Shown: one piece after another, positions 29,325 through 40,372 of the stretch | How positions within the stretch are numbered: the stretch's first letter is position 1 | Layout: each line of letters begins with the position of its first letter | Source of the DNA: an uncultured delta proteobacterium | GTDB lineage: Bacteria > Desulfobacterota > Binatia > UBA9968 | DNA: 64,000 nt | Assembly (NCBI GenBank): GCA_963727625.1 | Contig: CAVSHR010000004.1 | Span: forward strand, 1,088,001-1,152,000 | Direction of reading: 5' to 3' | Translations under genes and position numbers: made by a program | The notes under the pieces: generated by a model | Databases searched by the model: none | Seen by the model: the letters and a program-made list of their open reading frames with translations, nothing else | Told to the model about the DNA's origin: nothing

Positions 29325-31019
29325 CTAGCGGGCGACGCCCATTGTTGCACCCAGCTTATGGGCCACGAGCGCCATAGCCGTTAGAACCAGCATCATCAAG
29401 ACGCCGAGCGCTGCCAGCCAGTTGTATTGGGCTTGATCCAGAAGATCGAAGATGAGCACTGACAAAACGATGCTGTCTGTCGAATATAACAGTATCGAAG
29501 TCGACAGCTCTCTGAGCGCCAATATACTGATATAAATCCACCCTGCCACAAAACCGGGAGCTAGAAGCGGGAGAATAATTTTTCTGAAGGTTTGCGGCCA
29601 GGAGCTACCGCACACGTGGGAGGCCTCTTCTAATTCCGAAGTGATCTGAATCATCGAAGCCGATGCTGCGCGCAGGCCGTACGGTAAATACCTTGTCATG
29701 TACGCCACCAGTAAGATCCAGATTGTTCCATAAATGGGCACCGGGACAATCAGGTAAACCCACATCAGGCTTATTCCCAAAACGATTCCTGGAATAGCGA
29801 TGGGCACGAACGAGATGGCATCCAAGATACCCTTTCCGGCAATTTTGGACTTTACCGTTATCCAGGCGATCACCGACGTGATGAGCATGACCAGAGTCGC
29901 TGAGCCGACGGAAAGAATAAAGCTGTTTTTAAACGCTTTCGTCGCCTCGGGATAATTCAGAACGAAGCGGTAATTGTCGAGCGATACCTTTGCCAACAGA
30001 GCCGCCGAGGGAACTCCATAGTACGGAATAAGCGATGTCCAGAGCAGAATCAGAATCGGGGCAATCACCGCGACCGAAAAGATAATCATGGCGATGGATA
30101 AATGGACATATTTCCACCGCCCAAGCTCGGCAACGCGAGGACGGTAACCTTTGCCGGTCACGGTCGCGAATTGCTCCTGTTTCCGTGTCAATCGCTGGTA
30201 TAGCAATACTCCCCCGAGGCAAATCAGCAGCAGGTTTACGGCATAGGCCCCCGCCAAGCCATGATTTGAGGGATACTGATGGGTGGCAAGATAAATCTTG
30301 CTGGTAAAGACGTGAATATCCCCCGGGACGCCAATGATCGCAGGAACTTCAAAGGCCTCGATTGCTCGGACGAACATAATGAGTTGAATCCCGATCACCG
30401 AAGGTCGCATAATTGGCAGAGTAATTCGCCTCAAGGTGGACAGCGTCCCCGACCCGGCCGCCAAAGAGGCTTCCTCCAAGACCGGATCCATGTTTTTAAG
30501 CGCTGCCGACATAAGCAGAAATGCCAGCGGATATGTGTCGAGCGCTTGGACCCAGATCATTCCTCCCATGGAAAAGATGTCGAACGGCCCGGAGGCTAAA
30601 CCGAAAGATTTTTTAAGCGCCAGGTTAAACACACCAATCCTGGGACTGAGCATAAAAATCCAACCGATTGTCGTAAGAATTCCTGGAATCAAGAGGGGAA
30701 CCAGGGCCATAAGGCTACAAGTCTTCTTAAAAGGGACGTTGGTCCGCTCGTTTATCCAGGCTAAGTAGGTTCCAATCGCAAAAGCAAAGAACGACGCGCC
30801 CAGCGCGAACTCCAAGGAATTCAAAGCCAGCCGATACGCCTCCGAGTCAAATAAGGCGCTGACGTAATTTTGCAGCGTGAAAGTTCCGCCCGAAACCATG
30901 ACGGGGGTGGTGAGAAAGCTTCCGTAAACCAGAATTCCGATGGGCATGGCTGCAAGGTAGAGAACGACCACAGAGCAGCCGCCAAGGATCAAATTTTGGG
31001 AGTTGATGTAACGTTGCAT
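29325..31019 (-). CDS. Fe3+/thiamine-type ABC transporter permease (FbpB-like)
   Basis: Two EAA motifs (LEEASLAAG, LEEASHVCG) and about 12 TM segments. Confidence 0.88.
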   Translation of the reverse strand: MQRYINSQNLILGGCSVVVLYLAAMPIGILVYGSFLTTPVMVSGGTFTLQNYVSALFDSEAYRLALNSLEFALGASFFAFAIGTYLAWINERTNVPFKKTCSLMALVPLLIPGILTTIGWIFMLSPRIGVFNLALKKSFGLASGPFDIFSMGGMIWVQALDTYPLAFLLMSAALKNMDPVLEEASLAAGSGTLSTLRRITLPIMRPSVIGIQLIMFVRAIEAFEVPAIIGVPGDIHVFTSKIYLATHQYPSNHGLAGAYAVNLLLICLGGVLLYQRLTRKQEQFATVTGKGYRPRVAELGRWKYVHLSIAMIIFSVAVIAPILILLWTSLIPYYGVPSAALLAKVSLDNYRFVLNYPEATKAFKNSFILSVGSATLVMLITSVIAWITVKSKIAGKGILDAISFVPIAIPGIVLGISLMWVYLIVPVPIYGTIWILLVAYMTRYLPYGLRAASASMIQITSELEEASHVCGSSWPQTFRKIILPLLAPGFVAGWIYISILALRELSTSILLYSTDSIVLSVLIFDLLDQAQYNWLAALGVLMMLVLTAMALVAHKLGATMGVAR

Positions 31020-31204
31020 ACCGCGGACTTTCTTATGGACCCTGCAGATATGGACCAAGCCCTGCTCGCACCACGGCGATCCCTTTTCGCTGAGGGTGAC
31101 GCGAGCCAGGGCTTCTGCCAAGGCCGACTCTGATAAAATCCATCTCCGTCAAGGCACGTTGAGATTCAACCGCGGAGCCGGTCTAAGTCACGCGTCATCG
31201 CGAC

Positions 31205-32263
31205 CTACTTCGGCCCTCCGAACCATTCGCGGAACTGCGCTCGATAAGCCTTGAAGTTCTTGAAAATGTCTTCGTCCGGGGTGCGAACCAGATTGGCGCG
31301 ATTCATCTGCTTGAAACCAGGACTGAGCCCTTTGACATCGGATCTGGCGGGCAGTCGCCTGGACTTGGCAATAATTTCCGCCGCCTCTTCGGACAGCAGG
31401 AAATTCATGAACAGCCGGGCCGAATTGGGGCTCGGAGCATGTTTCATAACTGCAATGGGACTTCCATGCACGGCCATCGGATTCAAGTCTTTGACCCAAT
31501 CCACCGGCGCGCCCTTGCTGTGCTTGAAGATTTCGATGTGCTGGGCGCGGGTGACAGCCAGGTGAAATTCGCCCGCCGCTAGCAGAGCAACGCCATCACT
31601 GACGCCTTTGCTGATTCTGACGTTTTGCTTGGCGAAATCTTGCATGAACTTCGTGCCAGCCTCCTTGCCAAAACTTTTGAGCATGACTCGATACCACCCG
31701 ATCTGGTCTCGAGGCATCGTGATTTTTCCTTTCCATTTTGGATTCAATAAATCTTGCCAAGACTTCGGCACGTCCGCACCGGAAACGAGGTTGGTGTTGT
31801 AGGCGATAATCACCGGATACCAGTATAGATCGGTCCAATAACCCGCTTCGTCTTTAAACCGAGCGTCGATGTGCTTACTCTCAGGCGCATCGAACGCCGC
31901 GATCACCCCTTCGGACTTGAGGATCGCGATATCCGGAGGGCTCCCCTGGAACACATCAAAGGCATGTCTCCCCGCCCTGAATTCACTCAAAGTACGCTCC
32001 AGCCTTCTCTCAGCGTCCGCTCGGTACTGGCTAACCTCCTTGATGAATGGGTATTTCGCTCGAAAACGCTCGGTCAGTTTATTTGCCGTTTCCAATCGCA
32101 TGGCGATCGAGGCCAGCAGTTTACCGTTTTCTTTTTTTGCCGCTTGCACCAATTCAGCCTCCGTCGCCGAAGCGTCTCTTGTTTCCAAGCCGAGGCCGAA
32201 GGACAGTGTGGCGCCGATCAACGCCCAGAGCAGTAAATTAAACCTCGTTTTTCTCTTATTCAT
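31205..32263 (-). CDS. ABC substrate-binding protein (FbpA/AfuA-like)
   Basis: Signal peptide; YNTNLV-PKSWQDLLNPKWKGK and APSPNSARLFMNFLLS. Confidence 0.85.
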   Translation of the reverse strand: MNKRKTRFNLLLWALIGATLSFGLGLETRDASATEAELVQAAKKENGKLLASIAMRLETANKLTERFRAKYPFIKEVSQYRADAERRLERTLSEFRAGRHAFDVFQGSPPDIAILKSEGVIAAFDAPESKHIDARFKDEAGYWTDLYWYPVIIAYNTNLVSGADVPKSWQDLLNPKWKGKITMPRDQIGWYRVMLKSFGKEAGTKFMQDFAKQNVRISKGVSDGVALLAAGEFHLAVTRAQHIEIFKHSKGAPVDWVKDLNPMAVHGSPIAVMKHAPSPNSARLFMNFLLSEEAAEIIAKSRRLPARSDVKGLSPGFKQMNRANLVRTPDEDIFKNFKAYRAQFREWFGGPK

Positions 32264-32495
32264 AATTTTCCCCTTTCAAACCAGAATCGCATAAAGTTTT
32301 TGGATATTGGCGAAATCATTTTGTTCGACTGCATACACACAGCCGATGATTGCGAAAATCAAACCTCGCGCCGAGCTGATGATTTGAACATAGGCACCGC
32401 CGCGGTGTCTGAGTTTGGAAAATATTATGGCCGGGCGGTGATGCCCGCAAAGAATCCCCAGACCGCAACGAAATCCTTTTCGACGCGTGATATTC

Positions 32496-33560
32496 CTACC
32501 GAGGAGGAAGCGGGCCGTTTTGGGCCATCTTCTTGTAAAGCGCGATGGTCTCGGCGTCCCGCGGTATCTCATTGATCGCCGTCTCGACCTCTTCACCCGT
32601 GAGCGGACTCGGGTCGCTGCCCATGAGCTTTTTAAATTCCTTGGGAAATCCCGGATCTTTGAACGATTTGACCATCGCTTCGCGCAGAGTCCTGACAATT
32701 TCTTTCGGAGTCCCCGGCGGCAGCACGTACGGCCAGCGCGGATAGAGAAAGTTGCGAAACAAGGTGATCAGCTGCCGCTCCTTGGTATTCTTGGCGAGGC
32801 TGTCCAGATCGGGAACGTTGGCGAAGCGCGGGTGGAATTTACCCTTCGGGATCGTGAGCGTCGCGTGGATATTGTACTGGCCGCTCTCCAGGGCGTCCCG
32901 GTTTCGGCGCAACACCGTATCCGCGCTGTTGGCTCGCGCGTCAACCTCGCCGTTCGCCAGCGCGATATCGATCTCTGGCCCGCCGAAGCCGACGACCATT
33001 CTCGGCTCCTTGAGTCCGAGGATGTACGCGAAGATGCGCCCGCTGACGTAGACGGCGTGCCCGACGGTTTGCGCTCCGATCCTTACGCCGGAGGCGGCGC
33101 GCAATTTCTCCAGGCTGTCATACCCGGCAGCCTTGCGGCTGAGGAAAACATAAGGATCGCCGCTTTCGGTGGAACCGAGGTAAATCAGTTTATCGAGATC
33201 GTACTTTACCCCGGGCATGCCCAAGATCGGACCTGTGGCGAGACCCGAACCGACGGCCGTGATCATGAGGCCGTCGGGTTTGGCCGAGGTGTAGGCATGG
33301 TTCACGGCCTTCATCCCCGCAGCGCCGGGCATGTTCTCGATGATGATCTTCGGCCGACCGGGGATGTATTTTTCCAGAAATGGGATCAGCGCGCGCGCCT
33401 GCATGTCACCCGAACCGCCGGGCCGCCCGCCGCGCAGGATAGTGATTGTTTTCCCCTCGAAGGTAGGGCTTTGGGCATCGGCTCGACCGCAAGCTGGGCC
33501 GGCGACGCCGACGGCCAGCATCAAGATGAAAATTGACATCGATTGAATTCTACAACGCAT
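32496..33560 (-). CDS. tctC: TctC/Bug substrate-binding protein
   Basis: Motifs PGGSGD, ENMPGAAG, KPDG and PPGTPKE. Confidence 0.85.
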   Translation of the reverse strand: MRCRIQSMSIFILMLAVGVAGPACGRADAQSPTFEGKTITILRGGRPGGSGDMQARALIPFLEKYIPGRPKIIIENMPGAAGMKAVNHAYTSAKPDGLMITAVGSGLATGPILGMPGVKYDLDKLIYLGSTESGDPYVFLSRKAAGYDSLEKLRAASGVRIGAQTVGHAVYVSGRIFAYILGLKEPRMVVGFGGPEIDIALANGEVDARANSADTVLRRNRDALESGQYNIHATLTIPKGKFHPRFANVPDLDSLAKNTKERQLITLFRNFLYPRWPYVLPPGTPKEIVRTLREAMVKSFKDPGFPKEFKKLMGSDPSPLTGEEVETAINEIPRDAETIALYKKMAQNGPLPPR

Positions 33561-33793
33561 GCTTTCTCCTCCGTCTTGGCTATGGTTTTCGACGGCGACG
33601 AGGAAATATGTACCTTCGGCGAAGTCACCGCGACGAGGCAACGCATCGCCGCGGAATCCTGCGCGCTCGCCCATTCACGGGGACCGAAGAAAATCGGGGC
33701 CGCTTCTGATAACGGAGCATCGCTCCACCGCAGAACACGGCCCGATTTTGGCCCGGCAGCTGCGGTTTTTCATCGCGCTGCCGTAGTCACAAC

Positions 33794-34903
33794 TTACATA
33801 CCTACGAATTCTTTAAACGTCTTTTGCCACGGTGCCGGTTTCATAATTTCAGTTTTAACTTTTTCCGCTTCCAACGCTGGCACCAGGGCGCCGGCGAATT
33901 CTTGGCCGAAGACCTTTTCCCAGTCTCTAACAAAGGCCGGGTCGTTGTACATGCTCTCGATGCTCTTGCGCAGCGCATCCACGATGTCGCGCGGCGTGTT
34001 TGGCGGCAAAACCAAGGTGCGAGTTAAAGTGCTATGGACGTCGTTATAGACACTCTTAAACGCATCCCAGAGCGGCCCCGAAGGGTCTTTGCCGTGGACT
34101 GACCGGTAGGCCTCTTGAAATGTCGGCGTATTTGGATTCACCGTCTTCGCGCGAACAATTTTTCCATCCTCCATGACATGCCCGGATTGCCACATTTGCA
34201 CGACCATGCCTTTTTTATATAGCTCAACAAAGGCGCCTCGGCCCAGGAAATGGGGGTCGCTGGCCTCGAAAAAGCTCGCTTCGCCACGCTCGATCGCACC
34301 GCGAATGACGGCCGTACCGGCGTAAGCGCAAACCTTCTTGAAATTTTTAATTCCCAGCAGCGTCAAGGCCATGCTGCCGGTGACGCAGGACGAATCCGTC
34401 TTCGAGCGACCCGCGACGGCGATTTTCGAGGGATCGATAGTGGTCAGATCCTTGGCGGTTTTTGCTTTGAGAAAATCGCGGACGATACCGACTCGGACCG
34501 AGCGTACGGCCCAGACGATGGGCATATTGCGCACGTCGTACTCGACAGCAGCGCCGAGAATATTGTCTTGAAGTTGTGAACTGCCGAATATCGCTGCGGT
34601 GGTACCATCGGGCTTGCTCCGATTGTAAATATAAGCACCCATGATCTTACCACCGGCGCCGGGCATGTTTTGCACGATGATCGACGGCTTACCGGAAATA
34701 TACTTGGGCAAATGCCGGGCGATCACCCGGGCCTCGAGGTCATGACCGCCTGCGGGCGGAAAACCTACAAGGATTTTGATCCGCCTCGGGCTGAATCCCG
34801 AAGCTGCTCGCGCTCCATCGGGCATTGCCATGAGCGCCAAGCCGAGCGCCGCGATCAACGCCAGGCCCTTTATGAATCTTGTGCAGAGTGTCATGCGTCG
34901 CAT
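33794..34903 (-). CDS. tctC: TctC/Bug substrate-binding protein
   Basis: Motifs VGFPPAGGHD, QNMPGAGG, KPDG and PPNTPRD. Confidence 0.85.
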   Translation of the reverse strand: MRRMTLCTRFIKGLALIAALGLALMAMPDGARAASGFSPRRIKILVGFPPAGGHDLEARVIARHLPKYISGKPSIIVQNMPGAGGKIMGAYIYNRSKPDGTTAAIFGSSQLQDNILGAAVEYDVRNMPIVWAVRSVRVGIVRDFLKAKTAKDLTTIDPSKIAVAGRSKTDSSCVTGSMALTLLGIKNFKKVCAYAGTAVIRGAIERGEASFFEASDPHFLGRGAFVELYKKGMVVQMWQSGHVMEDGKIVRAKTVNPNTPTFQEAYRSVHGKDPSGPLWDAFKSVYNDVHSTLTRTLVLPPNTPRDIVDALRKSIESMYNDPAFVRDWEKVFGQEFAGALVPALEAEKVKTEIMKPAPWQKTFKEFVGM

Positions 34904-34960
34904 CAAATTTCCCTCCTTTGGTTGGACTGGTCGCTCCACGGCAACAGCCGCAGTGCCAAG

Positions 34961-35425
34961 TTATTTCATTTTCTTTTCGACTTTCTTCAAAACAAAAGGG
35001 GTTTTTGCCAAGACATCGCCATCGGTATTCGAGACTTCCAAAGTGTACGTGGTCGGCTCCAAGAGCTTGGCGCGTATCTCATTGTTCAAAATCCAGACCG
35101 TAGAAAATTCTCCCTTTGCATTGGTTTTCGGTTTAGGTTTAACCATTGCGCTAATGTCCGAAGGTACACCGCCGATGGGCATGAGCAACTCGAGCTCCTG
35201 ATTGGGCGCAAAACCACTGCCGGAAATCGTCACCTTCACTTTGCGCTGATAGGGCACCGGTGACGGCGAGATCATGACCTTGGCTTTGCTCATCATCGCT
35301 TTGCTCGACGCCGCTGAAGCTTTCGTGGCGCTACTGTCCATCTGACTACAGCCGAGCGTTGCCGAGAGCAATATCCCTCCCAGCGCTAACACCGTTTTCA
35401 TTGAAATAATTTTCGACATTTTCAC
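34961..35425 (-). CDS. Hypothetical lipoprotein (Ig-like fold plausible)
   Basis: Lipobox TLGC; VTISGSGF-PN beta-sandwich pattern; lies inside the tct operon. Confidence 0.7.
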   Translation of the reverse strand: MKMSKIISMKTVLALGGILLSATLGCSQMDSSATKASAASSKAMMSKAKVMISPSPVPYQRKVKVTISGSGFAPNQELELLMPIGGVPSDISAMVKPKPKTNAKGEFSTVWILNNEIRAKLLEPTTYTLEVSNTDGDVLAKTPFVLKKVEKKMK

Positions 35426-35485
35426 ATACCCCCCTTTCCTACACGAAGATCTTAATGAATCTCAAACAAATCTCCCCGGCGGCGA

Positions 35486-37531
35486 TTAAGAAATCGCCAA
35501 CCAGAACCATTCATAAACACCTTCCACACGTCCGAGAATGGATTCCTCCAGATGCGGGAAAACCGCTTCGGGCCAGGGAACGTTTAGAACCAAATCAAAC
35601 ACCCCAATCAGCAGCAGCGCCATCGCCAAGCCGCACTTCAATGATAGTCCAAGTTTTTCTCCCCCCTGCAGTTTGAGATACAGCATGACGAACATCGGCA
35701 CGGCGACCACCAAACCAAAAAGATCAATCGCGACGAACAAGCCACAAAGCCATAGAAAAGTCGTAAGCGCACGCCGGACCACGAGCGAAGTTGGCACGCT
35801 GCGGTCCACGGGAAGATCCATCATGCCGCGGGTATCCTCTTCGCCGCTCCTTTTGCGGCCGAAAAAGTCGCTGACCAGTTGGCCGAGGCACAACAAGAGG
35901 GCGGGAATGCCAATGACCCAGGGGAACAGCCGCGCTTGGATTTCCCATTGTGCGGCGGTGGCGACGCCGATAATAAACGCGGCGAGAAAGATCAGAGTGA
36001 AAATGCCGCCTGGGTTGAACTTGAACTTGATCGGAGCTTTGGGGCCGTCACGTTCGCGCTCGCGTTTTCTCATGGCGCCGCGAAAGCCGTAGAAGAGGCT
36101 CACCGCGATGAGCAAGCCGATGACAAGGACGATCGGCCTCGCTAACCAATGCCAGTCGTATCGAGTGACAGATATGAAGAGATAATTTTCGATGATGCTG
36201 CTGAGCACGAGGCCGAGAATGACTGGGGGGCGGGGCCAGCTGAAGCGTTTCATGAACCAGCCGATCACTCCGAAGATCATCAGCGACCAAAGATCGCCAA
36301 AATTACTGGTGGCCTGAAAGGCCGCGACGAACACGATGCCGAGGACGATGGGCGCGACCAATTGAATCCGGATTAACGCGATGCGCGCCAAGGGATTGGT
36401 GAAAGCCAAACAAATGCCCGCGCCCATGATGTTGGCGACCACCAGGCTCCAGATCATGGTGAATGTGACATCGAGGTGTTTGGTCAGCATCGCCGAGCCC
36501 GGCGATAGGCCTTGAATTGTCATCGCCCCGAGCAACAGCGCCATGGAGGCGCTTCCCGGCACGCCGAAAGCGAGGGTCGGGATGAGCGCCCCTCCCTCCT
36601 TCGCGTTGTTGGCGCTCTCCGGCGCGATCACGCCGCGCACGTCGCCTTTGCCGAACGACTGGGACGCGCCCTTTTCGGTCTGGATCGCGTGGCCGTAGGC
36701 GAACCAGTCGACAACGGACGCGCCGAGGCCGGGGGTGGCGCCGACCCAAACGCCGACGGCGCTGCAGCGCAACACCAAGAACCAATTCTCGAAAGCGTCG
36801 CGAATGCCGCGCCTCACTCCCTTCATCGCGTCCTTGGGCACGTCGGAAATACTCGTTCCTTTGATCACTAAATCGACGATCTCGGGTATAGCGAAGAGCC
36901 CCAGCGCCACGGGTACCAGAGGAACTCCATCCCAGAGGTACAAGGCACCGAAGGCCCAGCGGATCACTCCCGTCTGCGGATCCATGCCGATCATGCCGAC
37001 GGCCAAGCCGACTGCGCCGGCAATGAGCCCCTTCATCGGCGCGTTGCCACTCAGCACCGCGACCATGGAAATGCCCAACATGCCCATCATGAAAAACTCT
37101 GGTGAGCCGAAGGCCAGCACGACCGGGCGAATAATCGGAATCGAAAGTGCCAGAACCAGCGCGCCGAAAATGCCGCCCATCAACGATGCGGTATAAGCCG
37201 CGCCGAAGGCGCGCCCCGCTTCGCCGTTTTTCGCCATGGGATGGCCGTCCATGATCGTCGCCTGAGACGCGGCCGTACCGGGCACGCCGAAGAGCACGGA
37301 GGGGATGGTGTCCGAAGTGCTCGTAACGGAAATCAATCCGATCATGATCGAGAACGCCATGAATGGGTCCATGTCGAAAGTAAACGGCAATAGAATTGCC
37401 AGCCCAACCAAGCCGCCGAGACCAGGCATGGCGCCCAACGCAAGTCCCATGAGCACGCCAAAAAAAAGAAACAGCAGGCGCATCGGCACAGCCAAATTCA
37501 TCAGTGCGGCAAAAGCGGCATCGACAATCAT
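35486..37531 (-). CDS. tctA: Fused TctA-TctB permease
   Basis: TctA motifs (GVPGT, DGHPMA, APESANNAKEGG) plus a ~180-aa TctB-like C-terminus. Confidence 0.88.
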   Translation of the reverse strand: MIVDAAFAALMNLAVPMRLLFLFFGVLMGLALGAMPGLGGLVGLAILLPFTFDMDPFMAFSIMIGLISVTSTSDTIPSVLFGVPGTAASQATIMDGHPMAKNGEAGRAFGAAYTASLMGGIFGALVLALSIPIIRPVVLAFGSPEFFMMGMLGISMVAVLSGNAPMKGLIAGAVGLAVGMIGMDPQTGVIRWAFGALYLWDGVPLVPVALGLFAIPEIVDLVIKGTSISDVPKDAMKGVRRGIRDAFENWFLVLRCSAVGVWVGATPGLGASVVDWFAYGHAIQTEKGASQSFGKGDVRGVIAPESANNAKEGGALIPTLAFGVPGSASMALLLGAMTIQGLSPGSAMLTKHLDVTFTMIWSLVVANIMGAGICLAFTNPLARIALIRIQLVAPIVLGIVFVAAFQATSNFGDLWSLMIFGVIGWFMKRFSWPRPPVILGLVLSSIIENYLFISVTRYDWHWLARPIVLVIGLLIAVSLFYGFRGAMRKRERERDGPKAPIKFKFNPGGIFTLIFLAAFIIGVATAAQWEIQARLFPWVIGIPALLLCLGQLVSDFFGRKRSGEEDTRGMMDLPVDRSVPTSLVVRRALTTFLWLCGLFVAIDLFGLVVAVPMFVMLYLKLQGGEKLGLSLKCGLAMALLLIGVFDLVLNVPWPEAVFPHLEESILGRVEGVYEWFWLAIS

Positions 37532-37897
37532 AATTCTTGGATCAATTTCAGTGCAAAAATTTTGTGTGGGTGGCGAGGTTCGCCGTTCCTTGTGACTGCG
37601 AATCTCACGACGTAGCCCACCTTACCTATTTTGTCAGTTGACTACTTTGGTTTTTCTAATACAAGTAGTTTTCCGACAAATCTGGTTTTGGCCATGTCCG
37701 TGCGTAAACAAAGTTGCCTTTCCCTGTTTCGATGAAGCGGAAGGACATGCGCGCGGTCGTCATAGGCGTCGAATTATTTATATCTCACCTGACGGCTTGC
37801 GCAGTAAGCTGTGATTTGTGAAAACTTTAGACAGATCTGCCATCGCGGTAACCGGGAACGATTTACCAATGGCAGGTCATCAGTTAGGAGGAAATCT

Positions 37898-38959
37898 ATG
37901 AGAGCGATCGACGCCGACGCCCATGTGATCGAGACCGTGCAAACTTGGAGTTACCTCGAAGGCGACGAGCGCCGGTTTACTCCTCAGCTAATGACACAGA
38001 GCTTTGGCGCGGCGCTGCGCAGCAATGAAGGCGCCGCGGTGCCGGACTTCTGGGTAATCGAGGGACGGGCGCACGGCAAGGATCGTAATGTCGGCACCGA
38101 CGCACCGAAAGAGTCACGCGAGATGCTCAGCGTCGCAGCGCGCCTCAAGCACATGGACGAGCTCGGCATCGATGTTCAGGTGCTCTACCCGACGTTGTTT
38201 CTCCGGCCGATCGTGCAGGACGCCGAGCGCGAGCACGCGCTCTGCAAGTCCTACAACCGCTGGATGGGCGATCTCTGGCGCCAGGGCAACGGCCGCCTGC
38301 GCTGGGTGGCAAAGCCGCCGCTCCGCCTCCTGGAGAAAAAACCCGCCGCGGTGCGGGACGAGCTCAATTGGGCCAAACAGAACGGCGCCTGCGGCATTTT
38401 TTTGCGCGGGCTGGAATGCGAGCGAGCGCTCGGCTCTGAGTATTTTTATCCGCTTTGGAAAATGTCCGGCGATCTCGATCTGCCCGCTTGCATCCATTCG
38501 GCCAACGGCAGTTTCCTCCATCACGACTTTTTCGCCGACGATACGACTTTTACCAAATTCAAACTCGCCGTGGTCGGCGCATTTCACACCCTGCTCGAAA
38601 AGGCGGTGCCGAAAAAATTCCCGAAGGTCCGTTGGGGATTCGTCGAAGTCAGCGCGCAATGGCTGCCCTATGTTCTGAACGATCTGGCCGATCGCTTCCG
38701 GCGCCAGGGCCGGCCGTTTCCGGCTGACGCGCTTGCCGTTAACAACCTGTGGGTGGCCTGCGAGAATACCGACGATCTTCCCTACGTGCTGAGCCACGCG
38801 GGCGAGGAACATCTGATGATCGGCACCGACTACGGTCACCATGATCCATCAACCGAGCTCAACGCCATCCGGCTGCTGCGCAACGACAAACGGATTTCCT
38901 CACAAGCAATCAAGAAAATTCTTGAGACCAATCCGCGCAAGTTTTACGGGCTTAGCTGA
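37898..38959 (+). CDS. Amidohydrolase_2 family protein
   Basis: Motifs IDADAHV, MDELGIDVQVLYPT and GTDYGH. Confidence 0.88.
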   Translation: MRAIDADAHVIETVQTWSYLEGDERRFTPQLMTQSFGAALRSNEGAAVPDFWVIEGRAHGKDRNVGTDAPKESREMLSVAARLKHMDELGIDVQVLYPTLFLRPIVQDAEREHALCKSYNRWMGDLWRQGNGRLRWVAKPPLRLLEKKPAAVRDELNWAKQNGACGIFLRGLECERALGSEYFYPLWKMSGDLDLPACIHSANGSFLHHDFFADDTTFTKFKLAVVGAFHTLLEKAVPKKFPKVRWGFVEVSAQWLPYVLNDLADRFRRQGRPFPADALAVNNLWVACENTDDLPYVLSHAGEEHLMIGTDYGHHDPSTELNAIRLLRNDKRISSQAIKKILETNPRKFYGLS

Positions 38960-39218
38960 TTTCTCTTGCGTTTAAAACGTTCCAATCATTCAAAACGTTC
39001 AAGCCGTTCGATAGTCCATACCCGTCAAAATAAGGTGAGAGATATCGAGATGAACGAGCGAATCATTCGGTTTCGCTCTTGGAACTCTTGAGTTGCCGTA
39101 CACCCCGGAACAGATCGGCGGGGACGAGCGAGCACGAGCTACAAATAGCTGCGGGCGAGCAGCAAAGTCCTTCTGCCGGCTTTGATTTGCTCTCGATTCA
39201 CGATATACCCGGCAAGAT

Positions 39219-40229
39219 ATGGAATTCGGTATCTTTGATCACCTGGACCGCAACGATCTGCCGCTCAATGAATTCTACGAGGCCCGGCTTAAGCTGATCG
39301 AAGCCTATGAAAAAGCGGGTTTCTACGCTTACCATGTCGCCGAGCATCACTCGACGCCCATCGGCATGGCGCCTTCGCCGAGCGTGTTTCTCTCGGCCAT
39401 CGCGCAACGTACCAAGCGGCTTCGCTTCGGGCCAATGGTCTATGCCCTGCCCCTGCACCATCCGCTGCGTTTGATCGAAGAGATCTGCATGGTCGATCAA
39501 TTGAGCGGCGGACGGCTCGAGATCGGCTTCGGCCGCGGCTCGTCGGCGGCCGAAGTGAAGTTTTACGGCCAGGATCCGGCCAAGGCGCAGGACATTTACA
39601 CCGAAGCGCGCGCGCTGATCCTCGAGGGGCTCACCCACAACACCCTCACCTTCGAAGGCAAGTTTTTTAACTTCCTAGATATTCCAATGGAGCTTCGGCC
39701 CCTACAGAAGCCCCATCCGCCCATGTGGTACGGTGTTCACTCGGTAGAGGCCGCCGAGCGGGCGGCGCGGCAGAGTTTGAATATGGTGAGCCTTGACTCG
39801 GCCACGGACACGCGCAGCTACTTCGACCGCTTCCGCCAGGTGTGGCGCGAACTGCATGGCGGCCGCCCCACGCCGAAGCTCGGTTTAAGCCGCTTCATTG
39901 TGATCGCCGAAAATGATGACGACGCGCTCGCCGCCGCGCGGCGCGCCTACCCGGTCTGGCACAAGCATTTTTACTATTTGTACTATCTTCTCGGGGGCAA
40001 GCCCGCTCACCCGCGACCAGCCGAGTTCGACAAGATGATGGAAATCGGCCACGCCGTGGCGGGCGATCCGAAAACGGTGACGAAATTTTGTCAGCAGCAG
40101 GTTGACGCATCGGAGCTCAACTATCTGGTTGGCCAGTTCGCCTTCGGCGACCTGTCGCTCGCCGAGTCGCTGCGCTCCGTGCAGCTGTTTCAAGAACATG
40201 TCATGCCGAAGTTGAACGCAACGAAGTAG
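39219..40229 (+). CDS. Luciferase-like (LLM) flavin-dependent oxidoreductase
   Basis: Motifs AEHH, DQLSGGRLEIGFGRG and PLQKPHPP. Confidence 0.9.
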   Translation: MEFGIFDHLDRNDLPLNEFYEARLKLIEAYEKAGFYAYHVAEHHSTPIGMAPSPSVFLSAIAQRTKRLRFGPMVYALPLHHPLRLIEEICMVDQLSGGRLEIGFGRGSSAAEVKFYGQDPAKAQDIYTEARALILEGLTHNTLTFEGKFFNFLDIPMELRPLQKPHPPMWYGVHSVEAAERAARQSLNMVSLDSATDTRSYFDRFRQVWRELHGGRPTPKLGLSRFIVIAENDDDALAAARRAYPVWHKHFYYLYYLLGGKPAHPRPAEFDKMMEIGHAVAGDPKTVTKFCQQQVDASELNYLVGQFAFGDLSLAESLRSVQLFQEHVMPKLNATK

Positions 40230-40372
40230 CACTTGCAACGAGACGCGGAGACCAGCACGAATTTCGAGATCCGAACTTCGAAACAAATTCAATTGATCAG
40301 AATTGTCCATTAATTAAACCGGTCTGTTTTGGATTTCGAGTTTTAATTTTAAGTTTTTTAAAGGAGGCTAAA

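Noticed and set aside
32487-33536. 349-aa antisense ORF (also 43215-44255 and those opposite gltB and hsdR)
   Set aside because: Mirror-frame ORFs opposite well-supported genes, explained by codon bias.
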